Counted from the stretch's first letter, positions 39,707 to 59,394 are shown. The stretch is 64,000 bases of DNA from Dictyostelium discoideum (GCA_000004695.1 CM000151.3:864001-928000), one strand, 5' to 3'. The notes: generated by a model not told the origin, from the sequence alone. Made by a program: numbers and translations.

Positions 39707-40077
39707 TAAAATAAACTAATAAATTTTTTTTTTTTTTTTTTTTTGGTGGGATTAGATTAGATTTAATTCTTTGCCTATATCTTTTATTTTTTTTTTTTTT
39801 TTAAGACAATGACTTATTTTTTTTTTGTTTTTATATTTTTTTTTTTTTTTTTTCAATCTTTAAAAATTTTTTTTTTTTTTTTTTTTTTTGGTCATTGTAA
39901 ATTTTTTTTTTTTTTTTTTTTTTTTTTCTTCAAGCTTTCGAGGCAGAAAATCCACGTGGCCATTAAATTAAATTTTCAAAATAATATTCAGATTAAAAAA
40001 AAAAAAAAAATTAAAATGAAATTCATCCTTTTCTTGGAAAAAATAAAATAAAATAAAAATAAAATTAAATTATTTTA

Positions 40078-40695
40078 TTATTTATTATTAAATCTATTTG
40101 CCCAGTGCCAGATTAAAGATTTTTTTTCATGGCACTTTATCCAAAGATTTTTTCCTTCCCAATAATCATCGATTGAGTTTGGAAACTTTGAAGCCAATTC
40201 ACTCTTTAAGTTTGCATATTGGTCAAGTATGATTGGATGAGCAATGAGATAATCTCTAAAGGTTAAATGTCTTTCAATATCTGTAATGTTATCAAATTGA
40301 AATGCATGCATATTAACCCAAATATGATTTGGTATACGTTTTGTAAAGAATCTTCTACCTGCAATACCATTTTCACCTCTGATTTGGTAATTAGATGATT
40401 CGAATCTTTCATTCATTTCATCTAGTTCACTAATGTCACCATTAACAACTAATAAAATATCAATGACTGGTTTTGCTTTTAATCCTGGCACTGATGTTGA
40501 ACCACAATGAAATACATTCACTGTCAATAGTGGTGGTTGTGCTGCTGATGATGATGGTGTATCATCATATTCATTAAATTTTTTACATTTATAATCTTTA
40601 AAAATAACTTCCTTAATTTGTTTTTCCTCTTCTAAAAATAATTCTTTCCATCTTGGATCATGTTCTACTACTGTAACTGATTTAAGATTCATCAT
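40078..40695 (-). CDS. GrpB / UPF0157-family protein (bacterial-type nucleotidyltransferase-like fold).
   Basis: True start MMNLKSVTVVEHDPRWKELFLEEEKQIKEVI... at 40695; the track ORF is extended upstream through AT-rich junk. The segment ...TVNVFHCGSTSVPGLKAKPVIDILLVVNG... is the GrpB signature (H-x-GSTAVPGL-x-AKP-x-IDI). Confidence 0.7.
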   Translation of the reverse strand: MMNLKSVTVVEHDPRWKELFLEEEKQIKEVIFKDYKCKKFNEYDDTPSSSAAQPPLLTVNVFHCGSTSVPGLKAKPVIDILLVVNGDISELDEMNERFESSNYQIRGENGIAGRRFFTKRIPNHIWVNMHAFQFDNITDIERHLTFRDYLIAHPIILDQYANLKSELASKFPNSIDDYWEGKNLWIKCHEKKSLIWHWANRFNNK

Positions 40696-41141
40696 TAATT
40701 TATGAAAGAGAAAAATATTTAAAAAAAAAAAATAAAAAATAAAAAAAATAAAAAAAATAAAAAAAATAAAAAACTTTGGTATTATTTTTTCAAGATATTT
40801 TCTCACAAAAAATAATTTAATATTTTTTTTTTTCCATTCATTAGTTATTCCTTTTTTATTTCTATTTAGGTTTAACGCTATCTATAAATGAAATCATTAC
40901 AATAAAATTTTAATATGAAATTATTTTTTTATTTTTCTTTTTTATTCATTAGTTTATTTTATTTTTTTATTTTTTTTTTGTATTTATTTATTTATTTATT
41001 ATTTATTTTGTCTATTTAAATAAATCTTTTGTTTTTATTTAGTTGTTTTTTTTAAATGGTTTTAATCTCTCCCAATCTACATAGTATTTTTTAAGTAATT
41101 TATCACATCTTTCGTTTAACTGATTAATAGTTATAATAATA

Positions 41142-42328
41142 TTAATAATAATAATAATAAAAGATTAGTAAATTAATTTTTTTTTTTTTTTTTATTATTA
41201 AAATTCTAAAACATACCAATTTAGATTGATCAGTTGTAAGATTATTTCTCCAATCCCAATAATCATTAAAATCGTTTGTTGGATTTAATATTTGAATTGA
41301 TTCCAATGTTTTATTGGTATTTTTCTTTTTCAAAATTAAACAATTTAAAAAGATTGAATGAGCTTGATCTTTTAATACTTCTTCAAAGAATTTCATTATT
41401 TGTGCATTATTTAATAAAGAATTTAAACAATCTACAATGATTTTAAATTCTTCAGAGTTTGACTCTACTGATAAAAGATACTTTAATAATGAAACACTAA
41501 TAATTTGAAATTGATGAATACACATTCTAAAGAATTCACCTTTATCTTGTATTGGTGAAGCCAAGCTATTCTTTGGAGATATAACTGTTTCTGTGGCAGT
41601 GTTATTTATTTCTGTTGCCGTTGTTGTTGTTGCTGTTGTTGTTGTATCAATTTCTTTTTCTTTTTCTTTTTCTTGATTTTGTTGTTCTTGTTGTTCTTGT
41701 TTTTCTTGTTGTTGTTTAGTATAAGCTTTAATAATTTCAATATAAAGTTCTTTAAATTCTCTAATGACTTCAATATAACCTTTAGATACTCTTTTTACAA
41801 TTGAACCTATTAAACCAGTCTTGAAAAATTCTTTACTAAATTCTTCATTAAATACAATATTTTTTGCTATTCTAATGATTAAAACTTGAAGATTTTCATC
41901 AATTAATATTGTCATTAATTTAGATAGCAATGCCACTAAATGAACGCCTTCTTTAATTAACCAACCAATTTTCAAAGCCATTGCATTAACAACATTTTGA
42001 TTAGATGTAATTAAACTTAATGAAATCAATATATTTTCAGTTGCATAATATAAATCATTTGGGAAATGACCAAATATAATCATTTTTAAATAATTTAAAT
42101 GTACCATTATACCATTTAATTCAGAGTACTAAATAATAATAATTAATAATTTATAATTAATTAATAATTAATTAAAAATAAAATTAAAAAAACTTACATA
42201 AATTTCGAAATTAACATCATTATGTGGTACTGCTGTTAAATACTTTGAAATAACATTAATCATTTTACTGTCAGTTACATATTTAGTATTATTCTTATCG
42301 TCTTGGTCAATCACTAAATTTATACTCA
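41142..42328 (-). CDS. Hypothetical protein of about 373 aa, 2 exons; it has an internal Q/E-rich low-complexity region and a polyT tract.
   Basis: Exon 1 is 42328..42197: MSINLVIDQDDKNNTKYVTDSKMINVISKYLTAVPHNDVNFEIY|GTAAGT. The ~68-nt intron ends ...TATTTAG. Exon 2 is 42128..41142: YSELNGIMVHLNYLKMIIFGHFP... in the same frame, phase 0. Confidence 0.6.
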
Positions 42329-42487
42329 TGTTTAAAAATGTTAGAATATATTCATTAATATGAGTTTTAAATAAATTTTTAAATAAATCTTGGTCCTATT
42401 AAATTTTAAAAAAAAAAGAAAAAAAAAAAAAAAAAAAAGAAAAGTATTAATATTGAAATGAATAAAACTATATTATATTATTTATAA

Positions 42488-45261
<2,774 letters not shown>

Positions 45262-45592
45262 TTTTTTTTTTTTTTATTTTTATTTTTTTTTGATAGTTTT
45301 TTTTTTTTTTTAACTTAAATATCTTTTTTTTTTTTTGACAAAAAAAAAAAAAAATTGAAATCGAATAACTCGATTACTGAGGAAAAAAAAAAAAAAAATT
45401 GAAATTGGACAACTCGATTACTGACAAAGAAAATTAAAAAAAAGTAGTGAGTATTGGTAAACAAATTTCCAATTCTTATTTTTACTTTTACTTTTTTTTT
45501 TTTATTTTTGTTTTTGTTTAATTTTTTTTTTTTATTTATTATTTTTTTTTTTTTTTTTTTATTTATTTTTATTTTTATTTTTTTTTTTAAAT

Positions 45593-46039
45593 CTAATCAA
45601 CACCTAAAGAGAAATCTTTCATTTTCTCTTGGCCTTTAATATGTTCAAATTTTGGAGCAGTTCTCTTACTTTCTTCAACCAATCTTCTATAATCTTCTTT
45701 TAGTTCACCAACAGTTTTCATTTGGTTATTGTGTTTAGTAATATGTGGAAAGATTGGTTTATTATCAAAACTATCATGATGCTTCCATTCATTCTTATTG
45801 TGATACATTCTATATCTGTAGTAATCGGATTTACCTTTATAACCATCACCATTATTACTAAGAGAAGATGCAACTTGATATTTCATTTTCTTTTGATTTA
45901 ATAAATCATTAGAAGCTTTGGTTTCATGATAAAATGGATAGGTCCTAAAGTTATATGTTGTATAAGTTCTTTGTATTGATTTATTGGCTACATTATTATT
46001 TGAAAAGCAAAGATAACTTTTTATGGTTTTATTAACCAT
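45593..46039 (-). CDS. Hypothetical small basic protein (148 aa).
   Basis: Single ORF MVNKTIKSYLCFSNNNVANKSIQRTYTTYNFRTYPFYHETK...; real ATG with AAAATAAT context. There is no recognisable domain. Confidence 0.5.
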   Translation of the reverse strand: MVNKTIKSYLCFSNNNVANKSIQRTYTTYNFRTYPFYHETKASNDLLNQKKMKYQVASSLSNNGDGYKGKSDYYRYRMYHNKNEWKHHDSFDNKPIFPHITKHNNQMKTVGELKEDYRRLVEESKRTAPKFEHIKGQEKMKDFSLGVD

Positions 46040-46217
46040 ATTATTTTCTTTAATTAAACGATTCTAAATAAGGATAGAAAATAAAAAAAATAAAAAAATA
46101 AAAAAATGATATTTTGTTAATACAAAAGGAATTATTAATTTTATAATTTTTAATTTCAAAGAAAATAAATAAAAATGAAAAAAATAAAAATTTTGGTTAG
46201 TTAAGGTTATCTATTGG

Positions 46218-46262
<45 letters not shown>

Positions 46263-46930
46263 TTTTTTTTTTTTTGGTATTACCATTAGGAAAAAAGGTT
46301 ATTTTTTTTTTTTTTTTTTTTTTTGAAATGTATGTGATGATTTCTTATTTGTTTATTGTTTTAATATAATAAAAAATAATTAATGAAAGTATTTAAATCG
46401 TGTTAACACTATGGAAAAATTAAAAAATAAAAAAAAAAATAAAAAATAAAAAATAAAAAATAAAAAATTAAATTAAAAATAAAAAAAATATTAAAAAAAA
46501 AAGAAAAATTCTAAAAAAAGTAAAAAAAACTTTTAAAGATTCAATTCTTCTGTTTGCGAAGATCTTTATTTTCACATTTTCATTACCATAATATTTATTT
46601 ATTTTTTTATTTTTTTTTTTTTCATATAATTTTATTTTTATTTAATTTTTTTTTATTTTAAAATACCAGGCTCACCAAAAAATTCCCTTTTGTGGAACTA
46701 ATAATAATATATTAGGGTCCTCTAAACATTTGCAAATAAATAAATAAAAATATAAGTTTATATTTTTTTTTTTAGAAAAAAAAAATAAAAAAAAAAAGAA
46801 AAAAGACAGTGCTATATGATTTATTTTAAAAATCATAAAAGTTTCTTTTTTTATTTTTAATAAATTTATAATTTATTTTATTTTATTTTTTTTTATTTAT
46901 TTATTTTATTATTATTTTTTTTATACTTAA

Positions 46931-47581
46931 TTATACATGTCTAACATTTTGATTTGAACCCACTGCTTTTAACATTTGATTACATGAATCAACAACAAAT
47001 TTATTTTGAAAGTAACGAGTTACAGGATAACCCAATTGAGATAACCAATAGCTTGGTTCTGAAAAGGATAACATTTCATAATAAACAGCACCTTTGTCAG
47101 GGGCACCATCAGGATCACGTACCCATTCAATGACGAATCTTTCTTCACCTTTTTCAACATGATCCTTTAGTGTACCATATGAATAACCAAATTTAATTGA
47201 ACCATCTTCTTGATCACCATCGTAAAGATAATTGATACGAGCAAATGATAGAATCCAAAAACCAACTTGCTTTGACAAGATTCCAACGGTTTCACCCACT
47301 GCAATAGGTGTATTTTTAAAGTAAAAATCTACCCAATCTAAATCAAAGTGTTTCCATTGTTTGAGTGCTGCAACTGCTTTTTGAAAACATTCAACACCTG
47401 TACCCAATTGAATCTTTACTTGATCAACATCGAAATTACTATACTTTGGGTCCATTTCATATTCCTCTTTAGTTGCATAATCTTGTGTACCATATAAATT
47501 ACTATATGCAAATTGTTCCTCTCTTCTATCATTTATATATTGTTTAATATCACTATCACTTGGTTTTCTAAAACAAAACAT
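46931..47581 (-). CDS. Conserved hypothetical globular protein (216 aa), possibly of the DUF1990/UPF0548 type.
   Basis: Single ORF with non-low-complexity composition (…WKHFDLDWVDFYFKNTPIAVGETVGILSKQVGFWILSFARINYLYDGDQEDGSIKFGYSYGTLKDHVEKGEERFVIEWVRDPDG…). The family assignment is tentative. Confidence 0.55.
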   Translation of the reverse strand: MFCFRKPSDSDIKQYINDRREEQFAYSNLYGTQDYATKEEYEMDPKYSNFDVDQVKIQLGTGVECFQKAVAALKQWKHFDLDWVDFYFKNTPIAVGETVGILSKQVGFWILSFARINYLYDGDQEDGSIKFGYSYGTLKDHVEKGEERFVIEWVRDPDGAPDKGAVYYEMLSFSEPSYWLSQLGYPVTRYFQNKFVVDSCNQMLKAVGSNQNVRHV

Positions 47582-47772
47582 TATTATATTATTTTTATAT
47601 TATTATATTTTTATTATTATTATATTATTATTAATATTTATTTATTTTTTTTTTTTTATATTTATTTTATTTTTATTTTTTTTTTTTATATATATTTTTT
47701 TTGGTTTTAAATTGTATTTTTAGATTTTTAGATTTTATAAAACTATAATTATTATTGCCGCGCTTAATAATA

Positions 47773-47808
<36 letters not shown>

Positions 47809-48467
47809 ATATAATTTTAAGTATAGGTTTATAGTTTATTTGTAATAGCAATAAAATGAGATTATTGTTATTATAGTACAATATAGTTATGACAACTTGG
47901 TGAGATATATTTGGGTTTAATTTTTTTTTTTTTTTTTTTTTGGTTTTTAAATTTTTTTTTTTTTTTTAATTTTTATTTTTATTTTTTTTTATTTTTTATT
48001 TTTTTTTTTTTTTTTCTTTTTTTGATTATTTGAGTATGAAAATTAAAAATAAAATTAAAATTAAAAATGAAAAAATAAAAATAAAAATAATTATAGTACT
48101 ATTTTAGGCATTTTGATTGAAATTATATAATAAAAAAAAAAAAAAAAAGTAAAAAAATAAAAATAAAAATAAAAATAAAAAAAAAAAAAAAAAATTAATT
48201 AATTAAAAATTAATTAAATAAGATTTTTTATTCAGGGTCGAGATGTTTTTTAAAAAAAAAAAAAAAATAAATAATTAAATAAAGCGAAACAAAAAAATTA
48301 TTATAAAAATAAAAGAAAAAAAAGAAATAAAAGCTTTTTTTTAAAATAATAAAATAAAGAAATATAATAAAAATAAAGAATATAATATATAATTTTTAAT
48401 TGGATTTCATGTTCGACAACCCGTTAATTAATATAATCAAATTAATTTTTTAAATTTACACTGGCGA

Positions 48468-48502
<35 letters not shown>

Positions 48503-48629
48503 CAAAACCAAAAATTTTCAAATTTTAATTTTTTTTAATTTTTTTTTTTTTTCATTTTTTTTTTTTTTTTTTAAAAAGGCTCAGTCGATTGACTTTTGAT
48601 CATATAAAACAGGTATATAGAAAAAAAAA

Positions 48630-50082
48630 ATGTTGTCAAATATTGTTAAAAAGACAATTCAATCAAGTAAGAATTTAAAAAGTTTAGTATTAAATAAATC
48701 AACATCATCATTGGTTTATCAAAAGAGATTTTTAAATGTTCACGAATATCAAGCACAAAAAATGATGAAATCATATGGTATCAATTGTCCAGTTGGTAAT
48801 GTTGCAGAGACACCAGAAGAAGCTGAAAAGATCGCAGAAGTTATGAACACACAAGATTTAGTAGTCAAAGCACAAGTTTTAGCAGGTGGTAGAGGTAAAG
48901 GTATTTTCACAAGTGGACTTAAAGGTGGTGTTCAATTATGTTCATCAGCAGAGGACGTAAAGAAATTTGCATCAAAAATGTTAGGTCATACATTGGTAAC
49001 CAAACAAACCGGTGAAGATGGTAAAGTAGTTCATCAAGTTTACGTCACTGAACGTCATTTCCTTCGTAAGGAAATGTATTTCGCAATTCTTATGGATCGT
49101 AAAGCTGGTGGTCCAGTTATGGTTGCTTCACCAGAGGGTGGTGTCGATATTGAAGGTGTTGCTCGTGATAATCCATCTGCAATCTTCAAAGAACCAATCG
49201 ATATCATGATTGGTGTTCAACCAGAACAAACTAAAAGATTAGCTGAAAAATTAGGTTTCTCAAAAAAAAATATTTCAATGGTAAGTAATCAATATATATA
49301 TATATATTAATATTAAATTTATAAATATATTTAGATAGATATTTGATTCTAATTATTTTTATTTTTATTTTTTTTCTTTTTTAAATTTTTAATAGGCTCA
49401 AGATCAAATGAAAAAATTATATGACTTTTTCATTAAGAATGATTGTACATTAGTAGAGATTAACCCATTAGCAGAGACAGCATCTGGTGATGTATTATGT
49501 ATGGATGCCAAATTGAATTTCGATGATAATGCTGCATTCCGTCATCCAGATATTTTCAAATTAAGAGATAAATCTCAAGAGGATCCACGTGAAGTTAAAG
49601 CAGCAGAGTTTGATTTGAACTACATTGGTTTGGATGGCAATATTGGTTGTTTAGTAAATGGTGCAGGTTTAGCAATGGCATCAATGGATATCATTAAACT
49701 CTATGGCGGTAGCCCAGCAAACTTTTTAGATGTTGGTGGTGGTGCCACTCAGAAACAAGTCACTGAAGCAATCAAACTCATCAGTAGCGATAAAAAAGTT
49801 AAATCAATTTTAGTCAATATTTTCGGTGGTATCATGAAATGTGATGTCATTGCTTTAGGTATCATCGCTGCTTTGAAGGAGTTATCAATCGCCACCCCAT
49901 TAGTAGTTCGTCTCCAAGGTACCAACGTTGAAGCTGCAAAGAAAATCATGGAAGACTCTGGTCTTCGTCTCATTGCTGCTGATAATCTCGATGATGCTGC
50001 TCAAAAATCTGTAAGAATCGCTGAAATCGTTTCACTTGCCGAAAAGAGTGATCTCGAAATTTCTTTTAAATTACCATTATAA
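48630..50082 (+). CDS. Succinyl-CoA ligase (succinate--CoA ligase) beta subunit, mitochondrial; 2 exons.
   Basis: Exon 1 is 48630..49280 (mitochondrial presequence [19 protein letters not shown]..., ATP-grasp region [33 protein letters not shown]...[14 protein letters not shown]...), ending ...NISM|GTAAGT. The ~115-nt intron ends TTAATAG|. Exon 2 is 49396..50082 ([49 protein letters not shown]...[38 protein letters not shown]... CoA-ligase domain). Both junctions are anchored to the track ORFs. Confidence 0.9.
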
Positions 50083-50485
50083 GATAATCTTTTTATCAAA
50101 ATTTATTTATATAAAATATATTAAAAAAAAAAAAAAAAAACATTGGAATAATAATAATAATTAAAAAAAAAAAAACAAATAAAAAAAAAAAAATAAAAAT
50201 AAAAAAACAAATAAAATTGCGTATTAATAATAATAATAATAGTAATAAAAAAAACAAATACTGTAATGATATCATTAAAAGAATAAAACACTTAAAAAAA
50301 AAAAAAAAAAAAAATTAAAATTAGATCAAAGGTTGTTTAAACTATTTTTAATTATCTATTTTTTTAATAATTAAAAACAATTTTTTAAACTAATTTTAAT
50401 TATTTAAACAATTGTTTAAATAATTAAAAAAAAAAAAAAAGAAACTTACTTTTTTTATTTTAATAATTAATAATATTTGCATTTA

Positions 50486-50594
<109 letters not shown>

Positions 50595-50752
50595 TTTAAA
50601 ATTTAAATTTCATAAATAAATTAATTTATAATAAAATATAAAAAATAAACAAAAAAATTGAATAGGTAAATTTATAGTTTTTATAATAATTTATAAAAAA
50701 AAAAAAAAAATTAAACAAAAGTATTTTTTATTATATTAAATACTTTTTTTTT

Positions 50753-51603
50753 TTATGGTTGAAATAAAGGATTTTCAATTTCTTCGGGTTTATCATTATT
50801 TGAATCATTCGTATTATTATTATTATTTATATTATTTATATTATTAGCACCATTACTATTATTATTATTGTTATTATTATTATTATTATTGTTATTATTG
50901 TTATTATTATTTAAACGCAGTAATAGTTTTTTACCTTCTTTAAGATCAAATGAAAGATCTTTGGAAGACTCTAAAACAGTAGAGGGACTATCCCAAGATT
51001 GAATTGGTAATAATTGTTCATTGGTTGATTGTTTCAAGATATCATCATCGAAATGATCTACGCCATTGGTACCTAAACTACTACTATTTCCAATGCTATA
51101 GTTACTATTGACACTACCAACACTTGAACTTAAAATCTCTACATCTCCACTTATAATACTATTACCATTTGCATCGACACTACCCAAACTACTATTGGCT
51201 CCATTATTTGAGGATGGTTTTCTTCCGTGTTTCTTTGGAGAAAATTCAATCAAGGAAGCAGTCTTTTCATCGATACCTAGTTTTTGCATAATTTTAGCTT
51301 TTGATGGATCATATTCTTTTGGTTTCTTTTTTCCACTCATATAGGCATTATATTCGTCTGGATCGATTTTCAATTGTTTGGCATCGATATTCTCTAAAAA
51401 GGTAACGGCAATACCAAAAGTTGTTAAATAGTAGTATCTCTCCATTTTCAATTGGTCTTGACTACAAAACTTTGATATAAATTCGAAATTACTACACAGA
51501 TTTGGTACATTTGCATGAATTACAACATAAATTAAATGTGGTAAGAAATCATCTGCACCACCTGGACTATCAGAATTTGATAATAAAACTATTTAATTAC
51601 AAA

Positions 51604-51660
<57 letters not shown>

Positions 51661-52476
51661 GTAAATTAATAATCTAAACAAATTTAAATATTTCTTTTCT
51701 TTTTTTTTTTTAAAAACTTACATAAAATAATTTTACAACATTTTAAAACACATTCTAATTTTTGAGAAGGTGAATAAAGTTCATTTAAAGCTTGTAACTC
51801 TTGTTGAGCAGTAAACCAAAGATCTTTATCACAATGAATGGGCGAAATTTCCAAATGTTTTGGTTCGACAAATACTAATTTACTCATACGTTCAGAGAGG
51901 AGAGTATCACGTTCCAAAGTATCAGGCGTTGAGAATACGATTTTGTAAACGGTTTGATATAGATAATTTTCAATTTCAGCCAAAGGTGGAGCGGTTATAT
52001 CCTCTTCAATATTTGAATCCATTAAAAGATTTGATGGTATTGAACTATAGATTTGATTACTTTGAATCTTTGTTTTCATTTCCCTCATAAATGATAGGAT
52101 CATCTCTGCTAAAGCATCCTGACTTTGTGATTTCTTTTTTAAAAAACCTTTAATAAAATCATCAACTGATGATTTCTTTAACTTTTCAACTAATGAATTA
52201 ACTTGTGCTTCTGGTATTCTAATTTGTTGTCTAATTGTTGCTGGTGATGGTGGTGATACAGATTGTTGTTGTTGTTGTTGATTATTATTATCATTTGATG
52301 ATGTTAAACTCTTTGTATTATTATTATCATTTGAACTTGATAAATTATTTGTTATTTCATTATTATCAATGGTTGAGCTACTTTTAGAACTTGCAGCTGT
52401 AGCATTTGTACTACTACTAAAAATAATTATGGAACCTCTTTTTGGTGCTACTAATGAACCATTATTATTATTATTG

Positions 52477-52514
<38 letters not shown>

Positions 52515-52683
52515 TTGTGAAAGTGAAAAATAACCTTCAATTAACCTATCTCTTTCTGGTTTATCCATTTTTGCTAATTCTAAATTCCAACTTTGTCTTA
52601 ATTCTGATCTTGAACCAAGTGATGATGAACTAGATGATACCCATTTTGAATTAGTAGGTGAAGTACTACTACTATTATTGTTA

Positions 52684-52763
<80 letters not shown>

Positions 52764-52955
52764 TGTTTGTGATTTTCCTTTTGATGGTGATTTTTGTATA
52801 TTTGTACCAGGTGTTGAAAATGATAATGTTGATTTTGATTTACCACTTGGAATTCTATTTCTAATATGCATACTTCTTGATTTATTCTTTATTGGTAGTG
52901 TTGGTGTAGTTGAAGGTGATGTTACTTTATTCTCTTTCTCTGTTAACATTTCCAT
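50753..52955 (-). CDS. VPS9-domain protein (Rab5-family GEF-like); 2 exons as annotated here. It may have further 5' exons; see the PX gene.
   Basis: Exon 1 is 52955..51722 (MEMLTEKENKV... polyN/polyS ... EIENYLYQTVYKIVFSTPDTLERDTLLSERMSKLVFVEPKHLEISP...YSPSQKLECVLKCCKIIL|T-GTAAGT). The 133-nt intron contains (ATT)n and ends AAATAG|. Exon 2 is 51588..50753 (TT TTA TTA TCA... = FLLSNSDSPGGADDFLPHLIYVVIHANVPNLCSNFEFISKFCSQDQLKMERYYYLTTFGIAVTFLENID...). It has the VPS9 signature ADDFLP.LIYVV...L.SN..FI..F......GE.GYY.T....A..F. The phase-1 junction is verified against both track ORFs. Confidence 0.8.
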
Positions 52956-53153
52956 AGTTTTTTCAATATCACCACTCCAACTTGATAATGCTCCGAATAA
53001 ATAATCATTTGAATAAAATGGATAAATCTTTGATAAGAAATTAATATTAATTTCATATTTATTCTTTTTAATTTCTATATTAAATAAAAAAAAATAATAA
53101 TTAGTAAAATATAATAAATATTAATAAATAAATATAATAAATATTAATAAATA

Positions 53154-55787
<2,634 letters not shown>

Positions 55788-56288
55788 TTTTTTTTTTTTA
55801 TTATTATTTATTATTATTATTAAATATTATTATTAATTATTAAATATTATTATTTTTATTATTATTTATAATATTATAGTTAAAATTAAATGAGTAGGTG
55901 ATAACTATAACATAATAATATATTTGGGAATATAGATTTATATATCCAAATTTATTATTTTATATATTTTTTTTTTTTTGTAATATTTTATATTTTTTTT
56001 TTTTTATTTTTTATTTTTTATTTTTTATTTTTTATTTTTTAATTTTTTTAAGTGGTCTATTGAAAAAAAAAAAAAAAAAAAAAAAAAAATTAAAAAAAAA
56101 AAAAAATTAAAAAATCAAAAATAAAAAAAAAAAAAAATCAAAAATAAAAAAAGAAAATTTTAATAAACGAATACCTAGTTTTTCGAATTAGCACAATCCA
56201 AAAATACATAATCTTATTTCTTACTTTTTTATTAATAGCAATAAAATAAAATAATAAAATAAGTATATAAAAAAAAAAATAAAAAAAC

Positions 56289-56290
<2 letters not shown>

Positions 56291-56339
<49 letters not shown>
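56291..56339. repeat. A(49) homopolymer in the divergent promoter region.
   Basis: Direct reading. Confidence 0.9.
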
Positions 56340-56341
<2 letters not shown>

Positions 56342-56600
56342 ATCAAATTTTTTTTTTTTTTTTTTTAATCTAATAAAAATCTTTTTTTTTTTAAAAAGAT
56401 ACAAAATTATTCAAATATATTTAGTAATCTAAATAAATAAATAAAAAAAATTATAATTATTATAATTAAAATAAAAAAAAAAAAAATAAAAAAAAAATTA
56501 AAAAAAAATTTTCAAAAAAAAAAAAAAAAAAAATTCACAAAGCTAAAAAAAAAAAAAAAATACTAAGTATAAAAAAATAACATATATAAAAATAACTAGT

Positions 56601-57372
56601 ATGAACATACCAATAATTGAATCGCCTACAGATGAAAATAATAACAATAATATAAATAGTAAAGGAAATATATCTATAAATAATGAACAAGATATAAATA
56701 ATAATAATAATAATAATAAAAATAAAGATAATGATAGTAATAGTAATGGTGATGATAATAATAATAATAATTCCAACAACAAAATAATGGAAGCACAATC
56801 ACAACAATATGTTGATAATAATGAAATAATAAATAAAATAATAAATAAAGAAGAACCTATAGAAACAGTAACCACTACAACAACAACCACCACAACAGCA
56901 GCAGTAGCATTTAAAAATTCACAATCACCATCACAATCACCATCACAATCACCATCACAATCACCATCACAATCACCATCACAATCACCATCACAATCAC
57001 CATCACAATCGCCATCACAATCACCTCAAATAGCAGGAAGAGGTGATAGTGGTGGTGGTGGAGGTGGTACTACTACCACCAACACAGATAGCTCCATTCC
57101 AAGAATTTTAACATCAAATGATGATGGTGATGATTATGAAGATGATGAAGAGGAGGAAGAGGAGGATATTCAAGAGGATGAGCATAATCACAATGACTAT
57201 GAAGGCAATGATAATGATGGTATTAATGAAAACTATGATGAAGAATATAATGAACAAGAATATCATGACAATTATGATGATTATCAAAATAGTTCAGAGG
57301 TTTATCTTGTAAAAATGAATGAAATTGAACAACAATTAGATAGTGTTAGAAGGTATGGAGTAACTGCCATAG

Positions 57373-57424
<52 letters not shown>

Positions 57425-57445
57425 CATTGTATTTATTAATTCATA

Positions 57446-57481
<36 letters not shown>

Positions 57482-59348
57482 AGTGAATATGAGCAATTAC
57501 AAACTATTTCATCGATAATATCAGAGAAGCAACCAATGTCAAGAACTCATGTTTATGCAACAAGTGAAATAGATAGTAGTAGTCTACATGAACTAAATGA
57601 ATATGATGAATATGATATAGTGGATGAAGAATCTTATCATCGTTATGGTCATGATATTCCATATCAACAACAAAATCAAATATACCATTTACAGCGTCAA
57701 CATCAACAACATCATCAACAACAACAACAACAACAACAAAAACAACAACACCATCACCATCACCACTATAATAATCATAATCAATTAGCAAATTACAGTG
57801 AGAGTGATAACTTTGGATCAACAAGCGAAAGCCGTTATAATCATCATAATGATGCACGTTATTATCATGATGAAGATGAAGAAGATGAGGAAGAAGAAGA
57901 AGAAGAAGAAGAGGACCAAGAGGAAGAAGAAGAGGAGGAGGAAGAAGAAGAAGAGGAGGAAGAAAGAGATGAAGGATATGACGGTGATATTTCAGATCGT
58001 ATACATTGGTTACCACAAACTCAAATTAGTATTGGAAGTAGTATAAATAATAGTAGTATTACAAGCAATAATAATAGTAGTAGTGTTAAATCACCAATAT
58101 CAACCTTTAGAAAAGCAGTATTATTAAAGAAAATTGATAAGGCCTTAAATTCAATGCAAAAAACCACTGGTGGAACTAATCCTTATCCATTGGTTGGCTA
58201 TGAAAATACTGATGATGAGGATGAAGATAAAAGTTTTGCAACATGGGAGCAAAATTTACCTAACCCACCATCAAGCTATAACCAAAAACCACTTCCTGAA
58301 CAACCCCAAGCAATTAGAGCAACAACACCAAATTCAGTATCACCAACTCAAAATGTAACATCACCAACCCAAAATCCAATATCGCCACCACCAACTACTA
58401 CAACAACAACCACCACCACTACTACCACTGCCACAATAACTAATAAAAACGATGGTAACAACATCAATGAAAATAAGAGATCAACACCATCACCACTATC
58501 AATTCAACAAACACCAAAAAGAGTTACACCTAAAAAAGATAACGGAAATCATTCAGCAAAAAAAACATTAAGTTCTGGATATATTACAAATTTGGTTACA
58601 CCAAATAAAAAACAATATCAACAACAACAACAACAACAACATCACCATGGTGATAATGAGTCTTCAGGATTATCAGTTAGTAGAGAGATTGAACAGTCAA
58701 TAGAATCTTCACTTTTAATGGGACAGGCAACTCCATCAAGAATAAGATTCCAACAATATCAACAATCACCTTCATCTTTACACCACCACCACCACCATCA
58801 CAACCAACATATCCGTTATCAAGATAGTAACACTCATAATTATCACCAAACTCCTCCACCACCTCAACCATCATCTTTAGTATACCAACCAGAGACTCTA
58901 TATGATCCATACTATCAACCACAACCAACACCAACCCAAAATACACCAACACCAACTATTTTTGAAAACTTTCAACAGTATGGTTCATTCTTTCCACCTC
59001 AATCTCCATCACCAGCTACACCTTTACACAACAACAATAACAACTACAATATTAATAATAACCACAACAACAACAACAATAATAATAATCAACAGTACCA
59101 AGAGAGTCCAGAACAAAAAAGTCAAGCCATTCGATTATTGGAGAGTAAAAAACTCTTATTACAAGTTTACAAGTTTTTAGAAGATAGCACCAACATTCAA
59201 GACTTAACATTTATGAACCTAATATTTAAAGAATTGGCCAATATTAATTCATCCTCATTGTGGGAAAAATCATTCCACTCTATTAACGAATTGGTACAAA
59301 ATGACAAGATTGAAAGGATTTTACAATTGCATATTCAAAGACAACAGC

Positions 59349-59394
<46 letters not shown>

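Noticed and set aside
40696-40806. The N-terminal extension MRKYLEKIIPKFFIFFIFFIFF... of the GrpB ORF.
   Set aside because: It is pure AT-rich low-complexity sequence upstream of a strong ATGATG start with the conserved domain beginning immediately after. It was treated as 5' flank rather than coding.
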